Made by a program: the position numbers and the translations under genes. Below, in pieces: positions 19,076 to 28,957 of a DNA stretch of 64,000 nt. Numbering within the stretch: position 1 is the stretch's first letter; every line of letters starts with the position of its first letter. Below the pieces are notes generated by a model. That model saw only the letters and a program-made list of their open reading frames with translations, did no database searches and was not told the origin of the DNA. This DNA comes from an uncultured Actinomycetota bacterium (GTDB lineage: Bacteria; Actinomycetota; Actinomycetes; Propionibacteriales; Actinopolymorphaceae). The stretch lies in the NCBI GenBank assembly GCA_963791775.1, contig CAWBTM010000005.1, positions 52,943-116,942 on the forward strand, read 5' to 3'.

Positions 19076-20485
19076 TCATCGCACCTGCTGGTCGACGGTG
19101 GAGGGAACGTCGAGGCTGTCGTAGGGAGCGAACACCTCGGTGATCGGGCGGCCGGACCAGAGGACCTTTCCGTCGGTGTCGGACAACCTCACCACAATGT
19201 GGCCTTCCACCGAAGCCGGGACGTCGGTGCCGGGACAGGCGCGGGCGTGCAGGAAGCTCTTGTGGACAGGCACCTTCGCCACCACCCGCCGGCCCACCAG
19301 GACCTCCGCGGAACGCGCGCCGGACAGGTTGGCCGGGACGAAGCCGTGGACGTTGCAGAAGTCGGTCCAGATGTCCGGCCTGCGGTCGGCGTCCGCGGAC
19401 GGGATCGTCTCGACGGCGTAGAGCGCGGGAGTGACCAGCACCCGGTCGTCGCGGTCGCCGGGGTGCTCGTTGCGGAAGACGGCTCGAAGGGTGCCACCAC
19501 CCCGGATGCCCAGGGTGAGCCCCACCCACCGTTGGCCGCGGCCGTCGCGGTACCGCCACGGGATCTCGACCGAGGTGATGTCGCCGGGATGCAGCGCGAC
19601 CATCTCCAGCTCTGCTACGGAGTTGGCGAGCTTCGGCACCGGCCGGCTTCCGGTGGCGTCGTCCACCAGGGTGCGCAGTTTCCGCGATGCGACCGGTGAA
19701 GCCCCCAGGTGCTCGGTGAGCACCCACCGAAGATCCGAGGCCACCCTGCCGTCCTGGACGCTCCGGAGCCGGATCGTGCGCGAGGGCGGTGCGTCCGTGG
19801 TGGCGACGAAGGTGTCGTTCTCGTACGTCATCGGTTTCCACGTACGGGTGATGTGGCCGTCGGCGGTGAACTTCTGCGCGGGGGAGTACTGCACCTCCTC
19901 GGTGCCGGGAGCGGTGAGCGCGGTGACGATCGTGCGTTTCCCGTCCGGTGCGGCGAAGCCGATCAGGCCGGGGGCCATCTCGTGCGGGAACGACCAGGGC
20001 AGCGGGCGCAGGCTTCCCTTCGGTCCGATGCCGAAGTTGATCCCGCTGACCGAGTCCAGCACCACCACCCGGCGATCCCCGACGTCACCCGCGAAGAGGA
20101 CGTGCACGGCGGCCGGAGAAGAGCCGTCCATCTTTGTCACCCAGCCACGCACGCGGTCGAGGTAGACCTCGTCGTCGGCCAGGGAGCCGCGAGTGGGCCA
20201 CGCCTTCCACTCACTGTCCACCACCGCCATCCGGGCCTTTGCCGCCTGGAAGGATTCGCCGAGCTGTGGCAGCGCCCGGGGCAGGCCGACGGCCGTCGCA
20301 CCCAGCGCCAGCACGGCCACGACCGCGACCGCCGCACGACGGCGCGACCGCTCCCGTTGGCGGCGCCGCATCACGTCCGGGTACGGGTCGGAGCAGGGGC
20401 CGGGCGGTTCGACCACCGTGGCCGCACGCCGGTTCAGCTCGGCGCGGAGCTCTTCCTCGATGTCCGGTGTCTCGATGCCGGTCAT
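19076..20485 (-). CDS. Single-TM protein with large extracytoplasmic domain (putative anti-sigma partner)
   Basis: IEEELRAEL, RRR plus TM helix, WPTRGSLA; immediately downstream of the ECF sigma gene. Confidence 0.7.
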   Translation of the reverse strand: MTGIETPDIEEELRAELNRRAATVVEPPGPCSDPYPDVMRRRQRERSRRRAAVAVVAVLALGATAVGLPRALPQLGESFQAAKARMAVVDSEWKAWPTRGSLADDEVYLDRVRGWVTKMDGSSPAAVHVLFAGDVGDRRVVVLDSVSGINFGIGPKGSLRPLPWSFPHEMAPGLIGFAAPDGKRTIVTALTAPGTEEVQYSPAQKFTADGHITRTWKPMTYENDTFVATTDAPPSRTIRLRSVQDGRVASDLRWVLTEHLGASPVASRKLRTLVDDATGSRPVPKLANSVAELEMVALHPGDITSVEIPWRYRDGRGQRWVGLTLGIRGGGTLRAVFRNEHPGDRDDRVLVTPALYAVETIPSADADRRPDIWTDFCNVHGFVPANLSGARSAEVLVGRRVVAKVPVHKSFLHARACPGTDVPASVEGHIVVRLSDTDGKVLWSGRPITEVFAPYDSLDVPSTVDQQVR

Positions 20486-21014
20486 GCCGACACCCCCTGG
20501 TCATCCCGATCGTGTACGTGGGTTCGTCGGTGAGCCCGGCACGGAGCCTCGCGAGTCCGCGGGACGCCTGGCTCTTCACCGTGCCGGTCGAGCAGTCGAG
20601 GACGGCCGCGATCTCCGCCTCGGACAGGTCCTCGAAGTACCTCAGCACCAGCACCGCGCGCATCCGTGGAGGCAGCGACCGGAGCGCCTGCCACAGCTCG
20701 TCCCGCAGGTCCGAGCGCGCCGTCGCGTCCGCGACCGTCCGCTCGGGGACGTCAGCGGCGACCGGAGACTCCCGGAAGCGCAGTCGCCCTCGCCAGTGCG
20801 AGTTGGCGAGGTTGACCAGCACCTTGCGGACGTAGCGCTCGGGCTGGTCGCGGTTCTCCAGCCTGGACCACCGCCGGTGGGTGCGTACGAGCGCATTCTG
20901 TACGAGGTCCTCGGCGTGCCCGTGGTCGCCGACAAGGAGGTATGCCGTACGCAGGAGAGAAGTCCAGCGCAGGGCGACGAACTCCCGGAACCCCTCTTCG
21001 TCCTCGGCGTTCAC
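20482..21014 (-). CDS. SigE-family ECF RNA polymerase sigma factor
   Basis: FREFV...LLRTAYLLVGD...AEDLVQ, LPPRMRAVLVLRYFEDLSEAEIA...GTVKSQASRGLARLR; adding one G to the G5 run near 20495 restores a stop (GVSA*) with an ATGA overlap. Confidence 0.9.
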
Positions 21015-21137
21015 ATCAGGCCCCTTCCCGTGCCGGTGGACACACTCACTGAGCACCCGCCGGCACGGAAAGGTTGAGTCCTGGACGGAAGTTGTTCGCT
21101 GGTCGGGGCTCGGGGTGCGGACCAGCCCTTCCGGGGC

Positions 21138-21509
21138 TCAGTCGGGGACGCGGGTGAGGATCTCCATGTTGTGCCCGTTGGGGTCGTCGAAGTAGACGCC
21201 CCGCCCACCCCAGCGATGGTTGATCTCGCCCACCTCGTGGTGACCCGGGTCGGCGTAGTAGGTGAGCCCCGCCTCCTGGATCCGCTCGAACGCGGCGTCG
21301 AACTCGGCCTCCTCGACCAGGAACGCGCAGTGCATGTGCTGGAAGTCCGAGGCGGTCGCGTAGTCGAGGGTCACGCCGTTGCTGACGGTCAGGGGAACGA
21401 ACGGGTCGCTGTCCGCACCGACGGGGACGCCGAGGATCGAGCCGAGAAACTCCGCGGACGCGCGCTTGTCGTGGGCGGGGACGATGATGTGGTTGAGCTG
21501 GATGCTCAT
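21138..21509 (-). CDS. VOC/glyoxalase family protein
   Basis: LNHIIVPAHDK..SAEF, HCAFLV, GGRGVYFDDPNGHNME. Confidence 0.92.
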   Translation of the reverse strand: MSIQLNHIIVPAHDKRASAEFLGSILGVPVGADSDPFVPLTVSNGVTLDYATASDFQHMHCAFLVEEAEFDAAFERIQEAGLTYYADPGHHEVGEINHRWGGRGVYFDDPNGHNMEILTRVPD

Positions 21510-21769
21510 CTGCTCTCCTCCTGGGGTCTCTCCTCCCGCCGGGCTTCGGCCGGGACGTCGGCTGAGTACCGGCTTCGAATCTAGACGGCGTGACCGGGTT
21601 CGGAAATCTGTTTGCGGACCTTTCGCGCCGGTCGGCACCATGCACGCATGCGCTCGCGATGAGTTCGGTTCCACTGGTCCATGCCGCGACCCCTCCGGCC
21701 CTTCGGTCGCCCCGGTCGGCGGCGGGCCTGACCGTGCCTCCTCCCGACACAGCCAGACAGGACTCCCGC

Positions 21770-22330
21770 ATGAGTGCTTCGTTCCGCCTTCGTGACTACC
21801 GCGACTCCGACGCCGCCGGCTGGTTGCGGTGCCGCCTGCTCAGCTTCTTCCCGACCGACTACTACGACGACGTGGTGACCCGGCGGCCGTCCTACGACGT
21901 CCTGGCGTTGCGGCGGGTCGCCGTCGCCGGCGACGCGGTCGTCGGCCTGATGGACGCGACGATCTCACCGCCGCGGGCGACGATCGAGGTGCTCGCCGTC
22001 CATCCCGACCACCAGCGCCTCGGCGTCGCGTCCGGCCTTCTCGCCGGGGTCGTCGAAGACCTCCGCCCTTACGGCGTCAGCGAGCTCGACGCCTGGACGC
22101 GGGAGGACGTCGCAGCCAACGCGTGGTACCAGCGGTCGGGATTCACCGAGCGGTTCAGCTACCTGCACGTCTACAAGGACTTCTCCGACGACGGTGCGGG
22201 ATTCACCTGCCCGGAGGGACTGACCGGCCCGTTTCTCGCGTACTGCCAGGCGCCACACGAGCTCGAGACCGCCGTACGGGCGAGATTTTCCCGGGTGTAC
22301 GTCTGCCGCCAGTACGTCCGGGAGCTGTGA
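21770..22330 (+). CDS. GNAT acetyltransferase
   Basis: WLRCRLLSF, AVHPDHQRLGVAS, DAWTRED..ANAWY...GF. Confidence 0.88.
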   Translation: MSASFRLRDYRDSDAAGWLRCRLLSFFPTDYYDDVVTRRPSYDVLALRRVAVAGDAVVGLMDATISPPRATIEVLAVHPDHQRLGVASGLLAGVVEDLRPYGVSELDAWTREDVAANAWYQRSGFTERFSYLHVYKDFSDDGAGFTCPEGLTGPFLAYCQAPHELETAVRARFSRVYVCRQYVREL

Positions 22331-23110
22331 TGGCACCGCGGATGTTGGCGACCCGGACGCTGGCGTCGGGGGCGACGATCGAGATCAGCACGGTCGCCGA
22401 GCGGCCGGAATTCGCCCACCCTGGTTACGAGACCGGCTGGTGGCCCGACTTCATGCGGCACAACCACCTCTCCGATGCGTACTACTGGCGGGCGGGTGAG
22501 GAGTTCCGGCACACCTGCGTCGTCGCGACCGAAGGGCGGCGGGCGGTCGCGTACGGCGTCACCGTCCCGTTGGCACTCGGCGGCAAGGACCGGGAGGTGT
22601 TGCCGGACGGTGGCTGGGAGAGGGCGGTGGTGTGGGCGTTCCACGACGCCGCCAACCCCGACGCCGTACCCGACTCGGCCTGTGCACTGGACATCAGCGT
22701 GGCCGGATCTCTTCGTGAACAGGGAGTTTCCGGCCTGATGCTGCAGGCGCTGCGGATGGCCGTCCGCGACGCGGGACTCACCCAACTGGTGGCGCCGGTG
22801 CGGCCCACCTGGAAGGATTATGAGCCGCATACCCCGATCACGTCCTACGCCGAGCGGGTACGTGCCGACGGTCTGCCGTACGACCCCTGGCTACGCACGC
22901 ATGTGCGGGCCGGCGGGCAGATCGTCGGCGTCGCGCCCGCCTCGTGGGTGGTGCACGGATCGTTGCGGCAGTGGCGGGAGTGGACCGGGTTGCCGTTCGA
23001 CCGGACCGGCGAGGTGGAAGTGCCGGGCGCGCTCGTGCCGGTGCACTGTGATCTCGACGGCGGATATGCCGTGTACGTCGAACCGAATGTGTGGGTCCGG
23101 CACGACGTAG
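22330..23110 (+). CDS. N-acetyltransferase-like protein; 3' end uncertain
   Basis: WPDFMRH, LREQGVS, APVRPT.K..EP, DGLPYDPWLRTHVRAGG, YVEPNVWVRH; no stop at the usual end, so the frame runs antisense through the SDR gene. Confidence 0.8.
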
Positions 23111-23154
23111 GAAGCCCGGAGGAATGTCGCGGAAGCCGCACTGATCAGGGCAGG

Positions 23155-23949
23155 TCAGGGCAGGATCGAGTCGACGTAGCCGCCGTCCACGCGCAGGGCG
23201 CCGCCGGTGGTCGCGGAGGCGTAGGGCGAGGCGAGATAGACGACCAGGTGGGCGATCTCCTCCGGCTCGATGAGGCGCTGGATCAGGGACTGCGGGCGGT
23301 GCTTGATCATGAACTCGCGCTGCGCCTCGTCCCAGGGCAGCTCGTTGCCGACCAGTTCGCGAACGAAGTCCTCGACGCCTTCGGTGTGCGTCGGGCCGGC
23401 GATGACGGAGTTGACGGTCACGCCCGTGCCGGCCGCCTCCTTGGCGAAGCCGCGGCTGACGGCGAGCAGCGAGGTCTTGGTCATCCCGTAGTGGATCATC
23501 TCGGCGGGGATGACCACGGCCGAGTCGCTGGCGAGGTTGAGGACGCGGCCCCAGCCGCGTCCGGTCATGCCGGGCAGGTAGGTGCGGATGAGCCGGACGG
23601 CGGAGAGGACGTTCACCTCGAAGTAGCGGCGCCACTCGGCGTCGTCGATCTCCAGCGGGGCGGCGGAGCCGAAGATGCCGAGGTTGTTGACCAGGATGTC
23701 GAGCGTGGGGACGGCCTTCAGTACGGCCGCGGCGCCCTCCTCGGTCGCCAGGTCGCCCACAGCGGCGAGGACGTCGTCGCTGCCGGAGTCGGCCCGCACT
23801 CGGTCCACCGCGCCGGCGACGCGCTCCGCCCCTCGGCCGTTGACGGCGACCTGGGCTCCGGTGCGGGCGAGGCCGACGGCGATGGCGAATCCGATGCCCT
23901 GGGTGGAGCCGGTGACCAGGGCGGTACGACCGGTTAGGTCGATCTGCAC
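23155..23949 (-). CDS. SDR family oxidoreductase
   Basis: VTGSTQGIG, VNNLG, YGMTK, VNSVIAGPT, RVDGG. Confidence 0.95.
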   Translation of the reverse strand: MQIDLTGRTALVTGSTQGIGFAIAVGLARTGAQVAVNGRGAERVAGAVDRVRADSGSDDVLAAVGDLATEEGAAAVLKAVPTLDILVNNLGIFGSAAPLEIDDAEWRRYFEVNVLSAVRLIRTYLPGMTGRGWGRVLNLASDSAVVIPAEMIHYGMTKTSLLAVSRGFAKEAAGTGVTVNSVIAGPTHTEGVEDFVRELVGNELPWDEAQREFMIKHRPQSLIQRLIEPEEIAHLVVYLASPYASATTGGALRVDGGYVDSILP

Positions 23950-24152
23950 GATGGTCCTCCTCGTGAGGGTGAACAGCGAATGTAGCCGGAAGTCTCCTCT
24001 GTCACCTGTGTGGGCACGCAGGTGAATTGGCGCGGCAAGTTCCAGTTGACAGTACGCCTGGCACTGATGTGGAAGGCCAACGCGGGAAAACGTCGGACAG
24101 TAGCTGGGTAGGCTGAACGGAACCGGGGGTGCTTCGAACGCGTGGGGGAGAG

Positions 24153-25061
24153 ATGGCACGAAGTGGGGCAGTCCACTGGCTGTCGGAAAAGGTGACCACC
24201 GGGGTCAGGGAGCTGCCGACGAACGTCTCGTGGGTGGTGACACAGGCGCTCCACCCGACGGACGGATCCACCGACGGCGACGGAGGCTCCGAGGGTCGTG
24301 GCAAGGCGGGCGAACGAGGAAAGCTGTCATTGACAGGGGACTCGCTGGAGTCCCGGCTGAAGCGGGCTCGGTCTGCGAGTGAGAAGGCGCAACGGGCCGA
24401 GCAGGAGGCGCTCGCGGAGGCCGGCCACGCCAAGGAACTCGCCGACGCCGTACGCAGAACGAACGAGCAGGGCCGGGCCCGGGTGCGCGACGCCAAGAGC
24501 GAAGCGGCCGAGGACGTACGCCACCGGTTGGAGCAGGCCCGCGAACGCGCGGATGCCCTGGTCGAGGGTGAACGCGAACGTGCCCAGGCCGAGGCGAACG
24601 CGGCGGTCGACAAGGTGGGCGAGCAGTTCGAGGACGAGCTCGACAAGAGCCGGGCCAAAGCCGAGGCGGCACAACGTCGCGCGCAGGAGAAGATCGCGGA
24701 TGCCACCCAGCGACTGGCGCAGGCGCGTCAGCTCGCCGACGAGGCCGCCGAGGCCGCGCAGGCGGCCGCCGAGGAGGCCCGGGGGAAGGCGGAGGAGCTG
24801 GCGGCCGGTGAGGTGCGGCGCAGGGCCGCGCCCAAGGAACGCCGGGCGGCCGAGGCGAAGGCGGTGCAGAAGAAGGTGGCCGGTTCGGGCGCCAAGGTGG
24901 CCCGGCGGCTGAGCTCGGGGCGTACCGAACAGGACCTTCGGTCGATGACCAAGGCCGAGCTCATCGACCTGGCCGGCGCGCTCGGTGTGGAGACCCGCAG
25001 CTCGATGAACAAACAGCAGCTGCTGCGTTCGGTACGACGGGCGGCCCGCAAGGCGGCCTGA
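24153..25061 (+). CDS. Coiled-coil protein with C-terminal Rho_N-like motif
   Basis: Long A/E/R-rich helix; C-terminal MTKAELIDLA..LGV..RSSMNKQQLL. Confidence 0.75.
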   Translation: MARSGAVHWLSEKVTTGVRELPTNVSWVVTQALHPTDGSTDGDGGSEGRGKAGERGKLSLTGDSLESRLKRARSASEKAQRAEQEALAEAGHAKELADAVRRTNEQGRARVRDAKSEAAEDVRHRLEQARERADALVEGERERAQAEANAAVDKVGEQFEDELDKSRAKAEAAQRRAQEKIADATQRLAQARQLADEAAEAAQAAAEEARGKAEELAAGEVRRRAAPKERRAAEAKAVQKKVAGSGAKVARRLSSGRTEQDLRSMTKAELIDLAGALGVETRSSMNKQQLLRSVRRAARKAA

Positions 25062-25082
25062 CATCTCGGCGGGGGGACAAAG

Positions 25083-25262
25083 ATGAAGCTGTTGCACCGG
25101 AAGAGCAAGTGGGAGCAGGTGAAGGAGCCGGTGGTCGCGAAGGCGAAGGCGACCGCGGCGGACAAGCGGACCCTTCACGGCGGACTGATCGCGGTGGGGG
25201 CCGCCGTCGGCGTGACGGCGGTGAGTTCGGCGATCTCCTCACTCCGGAAGAAGAAGGCGTGA
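25083..25262 (+). CDS. 59-aa small membrane-associated protein (not in the ORF track)
   Basis: MKLLHRKSKWEQVKEPVVAKAKATAADKRTLHGGLIAVGAAVGVTAVSSAISSLRKKKA; GGGGGA RBS; GTGA overlap with the next gene. Confidence 0.7.
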   Translation: MKLLHRKSKWEQVKEPVVAKAKATAADKRTLHGGLIAVGAAVGVTAVSSAISSLRKKKA

Positions 25263-25450
25263 GGCTGAGGCTGCGAACTGTCGCGGTGTTCGCCGCCGGC
25301 TACGTGCTCGGAACGAAGGCGGGGCGCGAACGCTATGCCCAGATGGTCGAGGGCGTACAGCGGGTGGCGCGGGAATTCCAGGAGCGCCAGGCGGCGCGGG
25401 TGGCGGAGCAGAGTGGACCGAAGCGTCCGCGTCGTACCCGAACCGGATAA
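25259..25450 (+). CDS. Small YtxH-like membrane protein
   Basis: FAAGYVLGTKAGRERYAQM motif typical of actinobacterial small proteins. Confidence 0.75.
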   Translation: MRLRLRTVAVFAAGYVLGTKAGRERYAQMVEGVQRVAREFQERQAARVAEQSGPKRPRRTRTG

Positions 25451-25805
25451 CGGGTTCGGCTCCGGCGTCCTGGTCGAGGCGCAGATCCGTGCCCGGCTGC
25501 TGGAGCTTCCACTGCTGCGGCTGGACGCCGAGATCGTGGTGACGCCGGCGGCGGCGGTCCGTGACCTTCTCGCCGGAGCCAGGTCGGTCGGCGACGGGCC
25601 TTCGGGGAGGGCTTCGGTCGAGCATGCTCCCGAACGCGGGTCCGCCCCCGCCCGGTCCGGTCGTACGGCCGGATCGGCGCGGTCCGGGCGTGCGACCGTC
25701 TCCCGGCGCACCGCCCGGGGGCCGGGTACTGCACTCGCGGACGCGGTGTCCCTGGTCGACCAGAGCGCGGCCAGCCTCCGCCGGACGAAGACCCCCGCCC
25801 AGTAG
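25413..25805 (+). CDS. Hypothetical protein with a GvpA/GvpJ-like hairpin segment
   Basis: GVLVEAQIRARLLELPLLRLDAEIVVT; GC3-rich codons; GGAG upstream of the GTG. Confidence 0.5.
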   Translation: MDRSVRVVPEPDNGFGSGVLVEAQIRARLLELPLLRLDAEIVVTPAAAVRDLLAGARSVGDGPSGRASVEHAPERGSAPARSGRTAGSARSGRATVSRRTARGPGTALADAVSLVDQSAASLRRTKTPAQ

Positions 25806-25819
25806 TCAGCGCCCGGTAG

Positions 25820-26650
25820 TCAGGACGTCCCCGGTCGCCGCTGCTGGGCGCGGAAGTCCCTAGGTGCCATCCCCGTCCGCCTGGCGAACAGCCGCGAGAA
25901 GTACGCCGGATCGTCGTGCCCCACCCGGCGGCCGATCTCGGCGACGGTCAGGTCCGAGTCGGCCAGCAACTCCTTGGCGCGGTTGAGCCGGATGCGCAGC
26001 AGATACTCCTTGGGCGAGCACCCGCCGTCGCGGCGGACGACCCGTCGCAGTGCGCTCATCGACAGCCCCGCCCGACCGGCGTGCTCGGCGACCGACCACG
26101 GTTCGCACGCGCTCTCGCGCAGCTTCGCCAGTACGGCGTCGTCGGCGCGGTCGCCGTTTCGGTTCTGCACGGCGAGGATCAGCGCGTGGACCGCATGTGC
26201 GGCATCCACCTCCGCCCCCGCGTGCTGGCTGTGGCAGGCGGCCAGCAGCAGGTCCATCGCCGTGCGTGCCGGGAACGGATCGGTGAGGCTGACGACGGGT
26301 TCGGAGCGGGACAGATAACCGAGGTCCTCGTACGCGTCGGCCGCCGGCCCCTCGAACAGCGTCCAGATCTCCTGCCAGCCGCGGCCGTCCGGCCCGTAGG
26401 AGTGGCGTACGCCCGGGAACAACCAGAACAGGCTGCCGGCCGTGATCGCGGCCCGGCGACCACCACCGTCTCCCCACTCCAGCCAGCCCTCGCCGTCGAC
26501 CACGAGCACGGCGGCGTGTGACCGCAGCACGCGAGGAGGGCACGGATCCGGCTCCCGCTTGTGCCCGGCCCCGAGGCAGGCCAGGCCGAGCCGGCGTTGT
26601 ACCGGCGTCGGCGTGAGGTAACGCGACCATCCGCGGACCTCTCCCACCAC
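25820..26650 (-). CDS. AraC family transcriptional regulator
   Basis: Cupin N-terminus (LFPGVRHSYGP...W.LFEG); RLNRAKELL..SDLTVAEIG..VG.DDPAYFSRLF. Confidence 0.93.
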   Translation of the reverse strand: MVGEVRGWSRYLTPTPVQRRLGLACLGAGHKREPDPCPPRVLRSHAAVLVVDGEGWLEWGDGGGRRAAITAGSLFWLFPGVRHSYGPDGRGWQEIWTLFEGPAADAYEDLGYLSRSEPVVSLTDPFPARTAMDLLLAACHSQHAGAEVDAAHAVHALILAVQNRNGDRADDAVLAKLRESACEPWSVAEHAGRAGLSMSALRRVVRRDGGCSPKEYLLRIRLNRAKELLADSDLTVAEIGRRVGHDDPAYFSRLFARRTGMAPRDFRAQQRRPGTS

Positions 26651-26810
26651 AGCGCCCTCCGTCGATCGATCCCGGTGCACGAATGTCCATGAACGTGATC
26701 GGTTTGTCCATGTTGTTGCAGGTCGTCCCAGAGGAGACTCGCACACGAGCCCGGACCCGAAAACCCAACCAACCGCGCGCTACGCCGCTGTCGGCGAACC
26801 AGGAGCGATC

Positions 26811-28922
26811 ATGGAGCCGAGTTCGAAGCTGACCCGACGAGCGTTCCTGCGGGCGTCCGCCGCCGGCGCGGCAGGGGTCTCCCTGGCGGCGTGCCACGCG
26901 GGTGGGGAAGCCGGCGGGCCACCGACGAAGGCGGCGAAGCGCAGCACCGCCAAGGGCTCGGCCACCAAACCGTTGCCCGTTCCCGGCAAGCTGCGTGAGG
27001 CGCCGGCACTGGCCGCGCGGGTGAAGGCCGGCTCTCTGCCGCCGCTGGACAAGCGCATCCCGGCGTCGCCGTATTTCCTACCACACAAGTGGCAACGGCC
27101 GGGGAAGTACGGCGGGACCTGCTACCTCACCGCCGCCACCGCCGACGACGCGTCGATCGGCCAGTACATGTACGGCCACTCGATCGTGCGCTGGCTCAAC
27201 GACGGCATGGACGTCGGTCCCGGCCTGGCGCAGAGCTGGGAGTCCAACGACGACTTCACCCGGTGGACCTTCTACTTCCGCAAGGGCCTGCGATGGTCCG
27301 ACGGCGCCCCCTTCACCACCGCCGATGTCATGTACTGGTGGAACGACACGGTCCTCAACACCGAGCACCCGGAGGTCCCTCCGGAGGAGGCGGTCTCCGG
27401 CAAGGGGACGGTCGCGAAGATCACCGCACCCGACGATGTCACCTTGGTCCTGGAGTACGACAGTCCGGCCGCACTCACCCCCGACCGGCTCGCGGACACC
27501 GTCAACCGCAGTGTCGGCGCCGACTGGCTGCTGCCGTCCCACTACCTCCGGAACTTCCACCCGAAGTACAACCCGAAGATCACCGCCAAGGACTGGTACG
27601 TCCTGCACGACAACAAGGCCGACCACCTGTCCAACCCGGAGTGCCCGGTGACCACCGGCTGGCACCTGACGACCTACCGCGAGGGACGCAACGCGGTCTG
27701 GGAACGCAACCCCTACTACTGGTGTGTGGACCAGGCCGGTAACCAGCTGCCCTTCGTGGACCGGATGGTCTGGAACGCGGTGAAGGACGAGGAGGTGATG
27801 AAACTCCAGTACACGCAGGGAAAGGCCGACTTCGCCGAGGGGCAGCACACCAACATCGACCTCGCCGACGTGCAGGGGCTCAAGCAGGCCGCCGCACGCA
27901 CCGGGGTGCAGGTGTGGTTCTGGGGGAGCGGCTCGGGCAGCGGCTCGATGTTCTTCTTCAACTACGACTACCCCGACGCCGCGATGCGTGAGCTCATCCG
28001 CAAGCCGGAGTTTCGGCAGGCGCTCTCCCATGCCTACAACCGTGCGGACGTACGCAAGTCGCTGTACTACAACACCGGAGAGCTGACCACCGGGACGCTC
28101 AGCCCGAAGGCGCCGGAGTTCCAGGTGAACGCGGGGAGCAAGAAGCTGTACCGCAGTTGGCGGGACTCCTACGCGAGCTACGACCCGAAGAAGGCGAAGG
28201 CGATCCTGGACCGGATCGGGGTCGTCGACGCCGACGGTGACGGGTTTCGCGAGAAGCCCGACGGCAGCAAACTCGTCGTCCGGCTGGACTACCCTGCCGA
28301 CACCGCGAAGGCGAACATTCGCAAGAACGACTTCCTGCGCAGGGACTGGACAGCCATCGGGATCCGCACCGAGATCAACCCGGTCGCACCCACCTCGTGG
28401 TCGGACATCTGGAACCGCGGCGAGCTGATGAGCCACACCGCCTGGGAGATCGGCGGCGGTGGCATCATGAGCTGGCCGTCCTGGGTGATTCCCACGATCC
28501 CCGACACCTGGGCGCCGTTGCACGGGCAGGCGTACATCATGCGCAGCGGTGATCCGGCGGCACTGCGCAAGGACGCGGACGTGAGCCCGTGGAAGCGGCA
28601 TCCGCCGTGGGTGCTGCCGGAGAAGGGCGGTCCGATCGAACGCCTGTGGAATCTCTACGACCAGGCCAGGCTCGAGACCGACCCGATGCGCCGCAACCGG
28701 CTGCTGTGGGACATGTGCCGGGTGCACGTGACGGACGGTCCGTTCTTCCTCGGCGTGGTCGCCGACTACCCGCAGGTGATCCTCGTCCGCAAGGAACTGC
28801 AGAACGTACCCCGCCAGGACAACCTCTTCCTGGGTGGGCAGATCAACACCTGGGACATCCCGGTACCCGCGATCTACGAGCCCGAGGCGTGGTTCTGGAG
28901 CGACCCGGACAACCACAGCTGA
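26811..28922 (+). CDS. ABC transporter substrate-binding protein, family 5 (Tat lipoprotein)
   Basis: TRRAFLR twin-arginine, LAAC lipobox, LPPLDKRIP, LAQSWE...FRKGLRWSDGAPFTTADV, GNQLPFVD. Confidence 0.93.
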   Translation: MEPSSKLTRRAFLRASAAGAAGVSLAACHAGGEAGGPPTKAAKRSTAKGSATKPLPVPGKLREAPALAARVKAGSLPPLDKRIPASPYFLPHKWQRPGKYGGTCYLTAATADDASIGQYMYGHSIVRWLNDGMDVGPGLAQSWESNDDFTRWTFYFRKGLRWSDGAPFTTADVMYWWNDTVLNTEHPEVPPEEAVSGKGTVAKITAPDDVTLVLEYDSPAALTPDRLADTVNRSVGADWLLPSHYLRNFHPKYNPKITAKDWYVLHDNKADHLSNPECPVTTGWHLTTYREGRNAVWERNPYYWCVDQAGNQLPFVDRMVWNAVKDEEVMKLQYTQGKADFAEGQHTNIDLADVQGLKQAAARTGVQVWFWGSGSGSGSMFFFNYDYPDAAMRELIRKPEFRQALSHAYNRADVRKSLYYNTGELTTGTLSPKAPEFQVNAGSKKLYRSWRDSYASYDPKKAKAILDRIGVVDADGDGFREKPDGSKLVVRLDYPADTAKANIRKNDFLRRDWTAIGIRTEINPVAPTSWSDIWNRGELMSHTAWEIGGGGIMSWPSWVIPTIPDTWAPLHGQAYIMRSGDPAALRKDADVSPWKRHPPWVLPEKGGPIERLWNLYDQARLETDPMRRNRLLWDMCRVHVTDGPFFLGVVADYPQVILVRKELQNVPRQDNLFLGGQINTWDIPVPAIYEPEAWFWSDPDNHS

Positions 28923-28957
28923 CGGCCCGAAACGCCAACCACAGAAGGAGTGGTCCC

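Noticed and set aside
21510-21600. Possible riboswitch upstream of the VOC gene
   Set aside because: Only a small hairpin is visible and I cannot match it to a known RNA family without a covariance search
21829-23937. Apparent 702-aa fusion ORF
   Set aside because: Only 22330 to about 23110 is the acetyltransferase-like gene; the rest is out-of-frame GNAT overlap and antisense SDR sequence
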